From Selaginella moellendorffii (Eukaryota > Plantae > Lycopodiophyta), in assembly GCF_000143415.4 (NCBI RefSeq), contig NW_003314312.1, forward strand, positions 253,261-317,260: a stretch of DNA of 64,000 bases, given 5' to 3'. Position numbers and translations under genes: made by a program. The notes beneath the pieces were generated by a model. The model did not search any database. It saw nothing but the letters and a program-made list of their open reading frames with translations, and was not told the DNA's origin. Positions 45,491-58,200 of the stretch are shown here, one piece after another. The number at the start of each line of letters is the position of its first letter. The first letter of the stretch is position 1.

Positions 45491-47731
45491 ATGGGCTTCG
45501 TCACCCCGAGAAGACCGCGCTTGTTAAGTAAGATGGGAGCTCGAGGTGTTGCTACTGTACGCGAGGCAGTGGCTCAGGAAGAGGAGGTAGTGGCAGCAGG
45601 GGACGTCAGGATACCGTTTGGACAGCACCAGGGACAGCCTCTCAAGTCTCTTCCGGAAGGCTACTTGAAGGTCCTTGCGCGCATGGCGAGATCAAAGTGG
45701 GGGTTGCTAGCGGAGGAGGTGCTCAGCGAACGGGGAAGCGTGGATGGGTGCAGGCAGAAGGCGAACGCAATCTTAGAGCAGGAAGCCTTTGCTCGCCTTC
45801 TCAGAAATGCCAGCAGTTTAGAGGCGGTGGAGTTGGTCCGTGCCAGGATCGACGAAAGCGGCGTTCGTCACAACGCCGAGCTGCTCAACGTTTTGATTCG
45901 AGTCTACGGCAAGTATGGATGCCTGGTGGAGGCAAAGCAGGTTCTAGACGGCATGCGCTATCAGAATGGAGAGTCGTGGAACACCATGATCCTCATGTAC
46001 GCTCAGAATGGACGACTGGAGGAGGCCAAGAGGACTTTCGATGCAATGCCAGTTCGAGACGCCGTCTGCTGGATCACGATGCTGAGGGCTTATGCCGCGT
46101 TCGAACTTCCAGGACTCGCCAGGGTAGTGTTTGAAGCCATGCCAATGCACGACTTAGAATCAGCGACAGAGATGATGGAGGTTCTTCTGTCGAAGGAGGA
46201 AAGACATCGAGTGAAGCTGGTCTTTGACGAGATGGTGGAAAAAGATGTCTGCGCTTACAACAGTATGCTTCGTGCATATACCCAGGAAGGGCATTCGAAT
46301 CGGGTGAGAGCCACAGCGGAGAAGATGCCAGAGTGGGACGTGGTGACGGTGAACACCATGCTTCAAGCGTTTGCCAGTGAGGGGTCTCTGGAGAACGCCG
46401 AACGATTGTTTGACGAGTTTCCTGAGCGCAACGAAGAGACCATCAGTATTATGCTGAGAGCATACGCCGCGTCCGGATGCTCTGAAGCAGCCCAGGCAAT
46501 GTTTGATCGGCTTGTACGTCGGAACGAGGAGCTCTGGACATTTCTAGTCATCGCGTACTCCAGAGCCGGGCAAGCAGCGGACGCAAAGTTGGTGTTTGAC
46601 AAAGTTCCTGGCAAGAGCGACCTTTCGTGGGCAGTCCTAACTGAAGAGTACGCCCAGAACTTGCAGCTGGAAGATGCAGAGGCCGTGTTTGACAAGGTTC
46701 CGAAGTGGAGCGTCCGATCGTGGATTGCTATGATATGGGCCTACGCTCAGAGCGGTCACGAGCAAATGGCCCGGATCATTTTTAACAGGTGCTCGACTTA
46801 TGACGCGGGGGTCTGGAACGCATTCATTGCAGGAATGACTGTGCTAGGCCGTGCCAGTGATGCGATTCAACTTCTCAGAGGTATGAATCTGGAAGGTTTC
46901 CCTCCGGATAAGTTTACGTTCCTCAACCTTCTCAATGCTTGCAGTGCTGAGTGCCTGGCCAGGCAAGGTGGTAGTCTTTTCAAGGAGATGGTTGCTGATC
47001 ATGGCATGGCTCCGTGGAAAGATCACTACAGTGCAATGGTCGAGTTGCTGGGCCGGGCCAAGTATTTAAAAATAGGACAAGTTCTCGCCAACAGCATGCC
47101 ATTCGAGCCGGATTATGCAACGTGGAAAGCTCTCTTTCATGCTTGTCGGCACCACCGAGACTTAAAGCTTGGACTGCGAGCTGCAAAGGAGCTTATTCTC
47201 TTGGATAGACACAACGCCCTGCCGTATACTCTGCTAGCAGAATCATATGCAGCAGCTGGCAAGCAGGATAAAGTGGCTGTCATCCAACGCGTGATGGAGA
47301 AAACTGGAATTAAGAGAAACTATGCTGCAAGCTGGATACTTGTCAAGGGCAGGTTCCAAAGCCTCATGATCGGAGATGCTGGACATCCGGAGAACAGCGA
47401 GATTCGTGCTCAGCTCAGGGAGCTGGTTGACAAGATTGAGAAGGAGGGATACAAGCCCGACACAACGCTGGTACTGGATAAGAACATGTCCGAAAAGGAG
47501 AGGGAGGACAGTTTACTTGATCACAGTGAGAAGCTTTCGCTTGCTTTCGGCATGGTCAGCACCAAGCCTCGGTGCCCGCTTCGAATCATCAACAGCTCGA
47601 GAGTATGCTCCGACTGCCACAATGCTCTCAGGTTGGCGTCGCTAGTAACTGGCCGGCTCATCGTTTTAAGGGACGACTCTCGGACTCATCACTTTGAGCG
47701 AGGCAAATGCTCATGCAGGGACATTTGGTAA
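45491..47731 (+). CDS. PLS-E-DYW PPR protein (RNA-editing factor type) with extra N-terminal PFG-x-H-x-G module
   Basis: PLS repeats, E domain and DYW deaminase HSEKL...RVCSDCH...CSCRDIW. Confidence 0.92.
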   Translation: MGFVTPRRPRLLSKMGARGVATVREAVAQEEEVVAAGDVRIPFGQHQGQPLKSLPEGYLKVLARMARSKWGLLAEEVLSERGSVDGCRQKANAILEQEAFARLLRNASSLEAVELVRARIDESGVRHNAELLNVLIRVYGKYGCLVEAKQVLDGMRYQNGESWNTMILMYAQNGRLEEAKRTFDAMPVRDAVCWITMLRAYAAFELPGLARVVFEAMPMHDLESATEMMEVLLSKEERHRVKLVFDEMVEKDVCAYNSMLRAYTQEGHSNRVRATAEKMPEWDVVTVNTMLQAFASEGSLENAERLFDEFPERNEETISIMLRAYAASGCSEAAQAMFDRLVRRNEELWTFLVIAYSRAGQAADAKLVFDKVPGKSDLSWAVLTEEYAQNLQLEDAEAVFDKVPKWSVRSWIAMIWAYAQSGHEQMARIIFNRCSTYDAGVWNAFIAGMTVLGRASDAIQLLRGMNLEGFPPDKFTFLNLLNACSAECLARQGGSLFKEMVADHGMAPWKDHYSAMVELLGRAKYLKIGQVLANSMPFEPDYATWKALFHACRHHRDLKLGLRAAKELILLDRHNALPYTLLAESYAAAGKQDKVAVIQRVMEKTGIKRNYAASWILVKGRFQSLMIGDAGHPENSEIRAQLRELVDKIEKEGYKPDTTLVLDKNMSEKEREDSLLDHSEKLSLAFGMVSTKPRCPLRIINSSRVCSDCHNALRLASLVTGRLIVLRDDSRTHHFERGKCSCRDIW

Positions 47732-48131
47732 GAGCCGATGTTTCTTTTCGTGGTATTAAAAGGGTTTCCTGCAGCACGATGCGGTGAGATGGAAAGTGAC
47801 ACGAATTTTACACCTGAAGGTGCCTTTCACCAGAGGAACAGATCGATATTTACATTTGCAACGTGAGAAAACTGTTCCTCGGGCACGGCGTGGCTGGAAA
47901 AGAAGGGAAAAGTCCTCGTTCTCATTGGAAAGGGATTGGGGTCAGAGGAAGCGGACGAGCTGCGAATCTTGCTAAAGTTTCACGGCATTGGGAGGCAAGA
48001 TTTTTCTTCCATTTTGATGGAACCTTCTGCCAATACATGATTTGAGGAGGAAGGGAGGAAAAGGTCGGCATACGTTCGTACGTATGGTAGTGTAATCGAG
48101 CACTCAACTTGGTTTCGACGGTTACTTCTAG

Positions 48132-49888
48132 CTATACAATTTCGGCACTCCGTTCGTCGCTCGTGTAGTAAGAAACTTCTGATGGTGACAGAATGCGGAT
48201 CCCTCGAACAGAGCTGACGAATTCTCTGCAAGCAAGTAAAGTAAGTATCCTTTTCGTTTCTGTTTTCTTGTCTAATGAATACTAAATGTGACTTACTCCC
48301 AGGGATCATCGCCAACGAGCAACAGATCGTTCTCCTTGTCCACGAAAACGAGCTGCCATCCGTTCCTCTGATCGAGTTGTCCATCCAATCCAAACATTCT
48401 CGACAATTCGGCCCGGAGTTCGACGTAGTTCTTGAAACGAGCCACGTCTACGGCCCTTCCGATCGAGCCAAGCTTGTACACCTGGAAGTCGATTATCACG
48501 AAACAACGATCAAACTCCGAAAGGATAAACTAAGAAGGCAGGAAACGACGGGCGGACCTTTGTGAAAGTTCTTTGACGCTGATGCTGAAGCTGCTGCTGC
48601 TGCTGCGGAGGCTGGTGGATCGGTTTGGGCTGTTTGGAAGAATTATCAGCGACAACACAACTATCTGGTGAAGATGACGAGACAATGTTCTTCAAGTCGG
48701 CAATCACCTGATCGACCACCGCAGGCGACGGGCTCAGAGGCATGTTGTTCTTCACGGCGATGGAACTCGATATGCCTCCCTGGCTCCTAAAATTCCCGGA
48801 GGGTGGCATCATCATATGAGAGCCGTTCGCAACACCGGGACCAATACTGAAACATCCCCCGCCGCTCGTTGTTGCAACTGGAGTCTGGGGATCCTGCTGC
48901 AAGATGACGCTGTTCTCTGAACTCATGAGCTCTTGGTGAAGATGGTGGTGGTGGTGATGAAGCTGCTGCTGCTGTTGGTGGTGGTGATCCAGCGCTGCGG
49001 TGACATTTACGGTGCTGTTGAAGTCACCACCCAGCCAGATTCCTGCTCCGGACCCAGCCAAATTCGCAGCGAGAGCTCCTGGAGGTGGCGGCGACGCAAA
49101 CCACTTTGTGGTGGCGGTGGAAGGACTGGATTTGAGGGACTGCTGCTGCAAGTCCTTGAAATCCGGGACACTAGCAGTGCTCCTCATGGGGCTGGAGGAC
49201 ATGGTGGTCACAGGCTTGCTCACAGGCTTTGGAGGTGGAGTGGAGGGAAGAATCACAGCCGGAGGTGGTGTGGAGGAGGAGGATGGAGGATTGATGAGGG
49301 AAGAGGGGAAAATCACAGGAGGAATGCTCATCATCAGCTGTTGAGAAGGCATCATCATGATCTTGGAGGAAGAACAGGAAGCTAATGGATCCACCAGAGC
49401 TACATCACTGGTTGTGGAGATTGAGGAGGAGAGTGGATGCAAAGATGGGGGATACAAAGATCTGGTGTCAAGCATGGAGAGTGGGCTGTTGGTGGTGAAG
49501 CTGGGATTTTGGTGGGATTGGAAGGATTGTGGTGTGCTTGGAGGATTGTTGGTAGCACCACCACTGCCAGTGGTGATTGTGGTTGTGGTTGCCACTGGTG
49601 GATGATACTTGTGGTGCTGCTGGCCAAGTTTGGAGGTGTCAATACTGCTCCTGATTTCTTGAAGGGCGATTGCTGCCATGGCCCTTTGCTGCAAGCTGAG
49701 AGCAGCCCCTGCTTGAGCTGAAGTTGCTACCACTGGGATCTGATCACTTGAATCTCTTTGCTGCTGTTGTTTTTGGTGCTGCTGGTGTTGATGTTGTAGT
49801 TGTTGCTGCTGCTGCTGCTGCTGATGGTGATGTTGGTGTTGTTGTTGCTGATGTTGTTGTAATCTAAGAAGCATTTGGTGATCTAGAA

Positions 49889-49922
<34 letters not shown>

Positions 49923-50027
49923 CAAATTCATACCTTGGGGATCTTGAATCCACGAGACTCTCGACATTTTCCTCAGCTCCTCGTCGCTCGAGATACTGTT
50001 CTTCCGCTTCCGTGTGGGACAGTCCAT
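48132..50027 (-). CDS. ARF-type PB1-domain protein with Gln-rich middle region and no B3 domain (non-canonical ARF-like), 3 exons
   Basis: [18 protein letters not shown]...[38 protein letters not shown]. Poly-Q/H tracts. In-frame stop 8 codons upstream of the ATG. No Aux/IAA degron GWPP. Confidence 0.8.
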
Positions 50028-50688
50028 GCTGCTGTCGCTGCGGTCTTTTCAGTGCTCATCACTAGGCACTAATGACGATGATAAGCCGTGCTCTCTTGTT
50101 GTGTGTGTGTGTGTTGGAGAGCAATGCGAGCACTTGCCGGATCAAGGCATTTGCTGCCGGATCGCCATTATGGGATGAGCAGTGCCTTGCCTACAAGCAC
50201 GCACGGTTTGGGGATTCTAGACCTCCTCGCAAAGGCTAGAGTCGGGTACACACACACACAGAAGGAGACATACACGCACAAGACAAGCTTATATGATCTT
50301 TCTTTTCATCTATCTTATTTTCTCTCTCTTCAAATCTTGAAACTCCTTTTCTGAAGAATTGCTGAGCTTCTGCGCTGCTGCAGTCAATTCCAATCACAGC
50401 GCTTTACTACTACAAGATATGCCTTAGATGCAAACTCTCTTCGCAATTGGGGTTACATGGAATGCTCTCTTTCACGGGATGGATCACTGTGGATTGGATG
50501 GCTTCCAAAACAGACACGCAATTTCCAAGTTGAGTGTGTGTGCGGGCGTGAATGTGGGGACATTGACACCACATGAATCAAAAAATTGACACCTCCCAGG
50601 AGAGCAACGCTGGCTGCCTGCCAACTTTGAATCGTCCAAACAATGGGGCTTTGATATCATCCATCCGTACCGCGTCGGTGGATGGCCC

Positions 50689-50728
<40 letters not shown>

Positions 50729-53598
50729 TGCGAATTTCCTGGAAGAATTGGGTGAATGTTTTTGCTCTCTCCATTTCATTGGTGAATGTTTTTACTACAT
50801 TTTTATTCTTTGTTATTTGCTCCTTTATTTTGGCTGAAGGGATTGCTACTGGCTCTGATTGTGCCCTACAGCGACACGCACGTCTCTTGTTTCCCTTACA
50901 ACGCAAAATCACCGACTTCTAATCTCTCTCCCGAAATCCTCCTCCACTTACTTGCAAGCACCGGTCCACACAACCTTAGCAAATATCAAAGCTCGTCTGC
51001 TGGCCGGGAAGGCCAACGGGCATTTTGTCTTTATGGTTGCATGTAGCGCACACCAGACTGCGCAGCTGTATGTTGGGACCCCACGAAGGAAAGAAAGTGA
51101 AGACTTTCATAAACATATAAGTTGCTGTATTACAAACTTAACCAATATTAGCCATCGTTGGAAAATGAAAGAAGTTGGGTTGGGAGACTTGTCCTTGTTT
51201 GCTGCTGTTTGTATGTATGTGATTTAATAAGGCTGTCCTGTTTCTTTTGATATACATATATCATTTCTTATTAGTTTTTATCTGGATCCGGCCTGGTCCT
51301 CTTGCTGCTCCTTCTGCTGCTGCTGCGGCTGCTGGAATGCCCTTTCAGGGCAACTTCTGTCCACTGGCTGGTTGATGATGGGTATATCACTGGTGGGTTT
51401 CCAAAAGAAATGCTACGATTGTCGGGCAGAAGTTGCTGCAGTTGCCGCCATTGAATTTTGCTGATTACAACTCAATTACAGAGGGAAAAAGCATGAGCCT
51501 GACAGCATCTTAATCGATTGGCCGTGCACAGTTGCACAGTTACTATTTTGGCACGGGTTCTTGACTTTTGCAGTGGGATTTGAACTGGATGACTAGCTGA
51601 TCACGCATGGGTGAGAAAATTTGCAGCAATCCATCCGTTGACTCTTTCGCAACTTCTCTAGGCGTTGTTTAAGCTAGATTTCTGTGTCGTTTCTCAGGTG
51701 ACAGGAAAACAAAGCACGCAAGCAAGAAAGCGAGAAGAACAAGCAAATGAGGGACAAAAGAACCACACACTGTGGCTTTTGTTTTTATCACACTATTACA
51801 ATATTGGAGAAAGTGTTTTCAAATCGTTAATGATACTTAATTTCGCTTCTGCAAGCCTTCGTGGAAGCACAAAAGCCCCACTCCCTCCAACATGGTTTGG
51901 GATTAGAGGCCGGTTCTTGTCGGAACATCGTTGAACTTACAAGAGACAAAGCTGGAAGTTGGTTGTTTCGTGATCATGATCCCATAAGCATTGCTGCTAT
52001 AAAATTTGTATCCTTTCTGGTTACACAGAAATATAAATTGTATAGGTTGATTCATCATCGCCAGACTTTTGACCAGTTCTCGTGAGACAAAATCAAGTTT
52101 CATAAAAAAAAAAATTCTTAATTTTCATCGTGTTCTTCTTGTTTTGTTGATATGCGTCGTCTTCCACGTACGTAGCGGGACATATCTCATCTAGCTGACG
52201 AAAGAGAGCGAGAGAGGAAGACAGCTTCAAATTTATTTTATATTTTTAATTCTTCGATGCACAACAAGAGCGTTGATGATCTCCCTATCAATTAGCTTGT
52301 CACAGTTTCAAAAGTTACTTACTTGGAGTCAAACTGATGCCAAGTTGGAAAGTCTCCAGAAGTCAACATCATGAAACCCGAGTGGATATGACTGTGCTAG
52401 CTATATAGAATGGCATTCATCTCTCAATCTTCTTGATCTTACATCTCTATCTGGGGGCCACTCTTTGAAATCCCTTGGCTACAAAACCTCCAGCAGTCCC
52501 ATGGACAGCTCAAAGCTCTTGTGGGCTCCAGTGGCTTGTCTCCTTCTGGAATTTTCTGTCATTGTGGTAGGTTAATTTACATTGAGTTATTTTTATTTGA
52601 ATTTTAGATAGAACTGAAGCTGAATTATCAAACTTGAAGAATATGTTTAATTGTAGTTGCCTGGATGGTTATATTCCATAATGTTTTTAAAAGTATCATT
52701 CTACAATCTTACTGTAAAATAGGGTCTCTTACAGTAGAGACATGTCAAAGGCAAAATCCAAGTCATATGCCAATCTTTAAAAGCCTAAGTGGAACTCAAA
52801 ATATAATATAATAATAACAATAATTTATTTTAATAATAATTATTATTACTATTATTATTACTGGTTTTACAATTTCCATCATGTTTAGTAAAAATACACA
52901 TTATTCCATGTTTATAGTAACTGAGGGGGGAGGCATACCTTGGGTAGGGGGCATGGTATTGCAATATATTTCAATTTAAAAAATATGTGTGTTTGAATTG
53001 TTTAAACACACATGTTTGACTCACAAAATAACCTTTTGGTTGCCACTTTTTTTTCAAGACATATATATATTACCATGCACCATATATAGATTCTTAATCC
53101 ATGTAAGTTTATTGCCACATTAGCATCTTCTTTTTTAAATTTAGCAAGAATAGCAAGAATGTGTGGCAAAATGATTAATTTATCAGCCTGATAGGAAGTG
53201 CAACTAAACTATGCATCATAGACACTACCCACAATTGGCAATAAGTCTCCACATATTGGTTAATATCCACTACCATCTGTGCCAATTTAGTAACACCATT
53301 ACCACACTAGAGTGTTCAATTAGGGCTCCTGATATTCTGGGGGCACTAGGCATGCACTCACAATCTTAACAACTACATGCACTTAGGCATCAATCTAAAG
53401 TCTAGCTGATCTCTACAAGAATCGTGAATGTAGCATGTATTGTGAAATGGTGCACAAGCTCTTCACTAAGAACAATTTTAGGAGAATGCTTTATTTCGTT
53501 AAAGTGGAACTTATTCAGTAAACTGGGACATTAATTAGCATGTGTCCACATGCCATTTCCTAGTACTTAATTAATATTTATTAATATTTCTATCAGTG

Positions 53599-53698
53599 NN
53601 NNNNNNNNNNNNNNNNNNNNNNNNNNNNNNNNNNNNNNNNNNNNNNNNNNNNNNNNNNNNNNNNNNNNNNNNNNNNNNNNNNNNNNNNNNNNNNNNNN
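53599..53698. other. Assembly gap (N run)
   Basis: N bases. Confidence 1.
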
Positions 53699-53861
53699 TG
53701 AAAATAGTACAAAGGAAGTACTTATAAACTATACTTGTAGTATTTAAATTATAAAAGAAAATATAAACTTTTCTCAAACGATATATTATATTAGACTACT
53801 TTACATTATTTTTTCCTAATATTTTATACATATATATAGCTACTATATGTATGTATCTATG

Positions 53862-54109
<248 letters not shown>

Positions 54110-55299
54110 TTCAATTACACACAAAATTATTATGTACACAATCATGTTTTGAATGCTATATAGCAATCAAAAGTGATTATGTGCATTATAATATTTGCAT
54201 TAGGGCATGCCACATGTATAGGGGTATGCCATATGTACAAGCATTTTATGCCATATATAGCCATGTCATCTCTTTGTTGACAACAAAATTTAGTGTGCCA
54301 TATCACACCAAAATCTCTATCAATCCATTGATAACTTATTTGCTGCTGCTATAGAATTTTACTCCCTTGGATCAAATGTTTGTTCTTGGTGAAGAGCTTG
54401 AGTGCCTTATCGCAATACATGTGACATTTGTGATTCTTGCATATTCTGAGGGAAATGTTGGCCAACTCTAGATTGATATAGTCATTAAAGACCACAAGTG
54501 CATGCTTAGTGCCCCCACAACATCAAGAGCCTTGATCAAGTGCTCCAATATGGCAATGGTGTTGCCAAATTGGTATAGCCAATATATGAAGGCTCATGGC
54601 TAACACTCTTTTAGCAAGTAAAGTTTACAATGCCTAGTTTAAATGTGCTTCTAATCAAGTTGATAGATCAATCATCTTGCTATGTATTCTTGCCATTCTT
54701 GCCAAGTTTAAAAACAAATAAGATGATGTTGATGTGGCAAATAAACTGACATGGATTAACAATTCATACATATGCCTAGAAATAAAAGTGGCAACCAAAA
54801 AATTATTTTATAAGCCATACATGTTTGTTTAAACAATTCAAATACACATGTGTTTTAAATTGATATATATTGCAGTATAATACAGTTTTTTGCCATGCCC
54901 CCACCTCCTATTAGAAGCTTATCATTAAGAGAAGTGGAGATAATAAATCTACTAAAGTACTAAACAATGAATATTTCTGAGTACAAAATCCTCAAAAGCC
55001 TTACTTACCTTTATAATGGCTTTAGAAACTAACCCTTAAAACCTATTTTAGGTATAAGTCTAGCATAACAAATCTTGAGTTCAAATCCCATGAGCAAAGG
55101 TTTAGGGTTTGATTCCTCTTATGGCCAATAATAGTGAATATACTCTTTAATAAATATAAAAAAATGGTAAATACATAATATACATGACATTATCCCCTCT
55201 AATGAGCATTGAGTGGCAATAAAAGTGGTTTATGACCAGACTTAAATAGATATTACTGATGGAAATTTATAACTAACTCAGAAGCATAATAAGCATGAT

Positions 55300-58200
55300 T
55301 GCTAGGAGAATACTCAAGCTAATCTACCAAATAATAGATTTTTCTCATTAACCTCTAAAAATTGCTAGTGCTAAAACCATGCTTTTCCTTGTTATGTTAA
55401 CTATTAGTGATGTCCATTTCCATTGTCTCATTAGTAGTCCAAAACCACTCATACTACTAACCCATTTTTCCAAAACTAGACATCTTAGCATCTTTAGGAT
55501 GTCTAAAATATAGGGAATACTATCCTCCCATATCTCTTCTTTAAACACCTTTAATTATTAAGCAAGAGGACCATGCTTTTGCATTTCCACAATTAAAGAC
55601 TTTTGGATGATATTTCAAAATAACACAGCCTAATATGAGCATTATAAGTATTCCTTACACCTTTAGCCACCAAAGTGCCCCAACCATATAGTTAAAGCAA
55701 GGTTCTGATAAAGTATATAAAGTATCCAAGTAAATAATGCCACCTATAATTGGATTGGGCTAAAGGAGCTAAAAATGGTTCTTGAACAATTCACCATATT
55801 TGTACCTTGGACTCCTTAGTATTTATATTATTATCAAATCCTGTACATGTATAACTCTAAATATAGTTGATATTTTGAACACTTTGGTTTCTTAGAAGGG
55901 TGAGATGGTTTCGTGGGTTCTAGAACTTTGGTTTTGACACTTACACTTGTTACAACATTTGCCACATATTAATCAATCTTTTATTCCTTTCTAAAAACTC
56001 ACTTATTAATTGCTTTGTGCTTGTTCTTTGAGTGTGTTTTTGGAGTTTCACTCTTGCTCTCGATTTTTATGTTGGAGATTTTTATCTAAATGTATTACAT
56101 TTATTGGACTTCTACTTGCCACATGATCTTGAACTCTATTTTAGTATTTAAGGAATTTTTTATAGACAAAGTTTGATGTCCTCATCAAATGATAACCTAA
56201 CCCTATCATGAATTATCATTTATCTTCAACACATTAATGGTTTCACATATAAAACTCATCATGCCTTATACATCCTTATGCACCCTTTAACTTATAGGTT
56301 TAGCCTCTCACTCATGAGGATTCCCTCTCTCTATAAGTCTAGATCCATTGGAGATACTTTTATTATCTCCATTTCACTATCCATTCCAAAGTAGTTTTAA
56401 ACTATACCACTGTAAGTATCAAGTATATGAGATATTAGCGTGTGATTGAGAAGCTTAATATATGACTCTTAGATTCAATTTTTTAAATGTCATTGACATT
56501 TTCCCATACACACTTTTGTTATATACACTTTATTTCTCCATTTTGGGAAATTTCTTACTTGAAGAACTTTATTGCCTTTTGATGCTTTGTATTTAGTCAT
56601 TCGATCTTTCTACCTTAGGATCTTTAATCCTTTATTTCTTTTTAGGTTTATTAGGGTTACTTATAATCTTATCATTTAGTTACATTATTACTCTATTTTT
56701 TTGGTGGAGTGGGCTTTCCTTCCCTTAGAAATTTATGAATTTTCCCATATATTTGTTAACACCTATCCCTTAGAGGTTTCTCTCCTAGTTTATCATTTAA
56801 ATTCACTCTAATATCATTCTTGGCTACTAGTATTTTACTCCTATTATGTAGTCATTGTAACTAGTAATATAAGATCACCACCTCCAACCTTAGGGACATT
56901 CTTTGTTTCATAACAAAGACTCTATTTTATAAAATTTCATGAAATATTCATTTTAAATTTTGCCATTATTCATAACCCAATTTCATAACCCTTTTATGAG
57001 TCCTTCCCTAGAAACTACTTTTTGGAATTCATAATATCAATAATCATTTGACTTTAAATGTCTTTGCCATTTAGTTAACTTAACCAATTTACACTATCAT
57101 CAATTATTCAAATCACTAGTTTGAACTAAAAATCTTATTTTATAACTTTGTAAGGAGCTTGTAATTGATTAGCCATAAGATCATGTTATAATCCTATATA
57201 GCCACCTCAACATATTCATCTATTAATATTAGATCTTCTTGACCCTTTAGTTATTAACCATGACTTTAGAGGCATCCCTCACACTCCTTCTGGCCAAGGG
57301 TCCATGTCAATTGAGATTGGGTATCTTCACTATATTTTTTACATCACTGACACTAGAGTATTTTGTAAACTTTTGGATTTAGACTAGAGTTTACATTTGA
57401 TATTAGAGTGGTTTTAAACCTGACTCTATTAGTTAGCTAGGGGAATCACATCACATATTAATTAACATTTGGTAGATTTAATTTATTTTGGCTAAGCTCG
57501 ACCTAAGGGGTATGGTGTCAAGAAAGTGGGGTTCTTAGAAAAGCTACAACTCTTAGCTTTCGTTCACAGGGGTGTGAATTTTCAGAAAAGTGTGGTGGGA
57601 AACTAAAGGGAACGATTCAATCTATAAAGTTTAAATATAAAGGGAAAAAGCTCTTTTCCAATCAATTATGGATTTTGGGATATTTGGGGTTAAATGTCCT
57701 TAGGTTTAAATAGTATTAGGCTAGGTGACCTCTCAAGAAATCTAATCTAAGAGCTTACATAGATCTTCTTAGGAAATTTAAATCCAAGAGCTTATATATT
57801 CCAATTAGATATGTTGGATTTTCAAATCAAACACACTAATTGTGGATCACAATTTTGGGGCATCCTTCATTTGACAATATGCCTCCTTACTGAAAATCTA
57901 TAACCACTGAAAACTAAGTACTTTTATATTCTAAACTATCACTATACAATAGTGCCTTCATAGTACTAGAGATTTTGGACTTTAACCCAACTTTTGCATC
58001 TATCACACATAATGTCTAATATGACTCCCCATACAAAATTTATACCTATACTAATTAGCTCATCTTTCATATGAGTGTTATGGGTCATAAATTAAGAATC
58101 TTGTTCATCCCAATTTCTAAGTTATCTCACTTGACAATCTAAGTGATCAAATTATAATCATGTATAGATTCCTTTATATTTGGCCTCATAGGCCTCTCTC

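Noticed and set aside
50085-50135. GTGCTCTC...GAGAGCA hairpin resembling miR156-type sequence
   Set aside because: The stem is only ~7 bp around a (GT)n run and does not match a full miR156/529 sequence.
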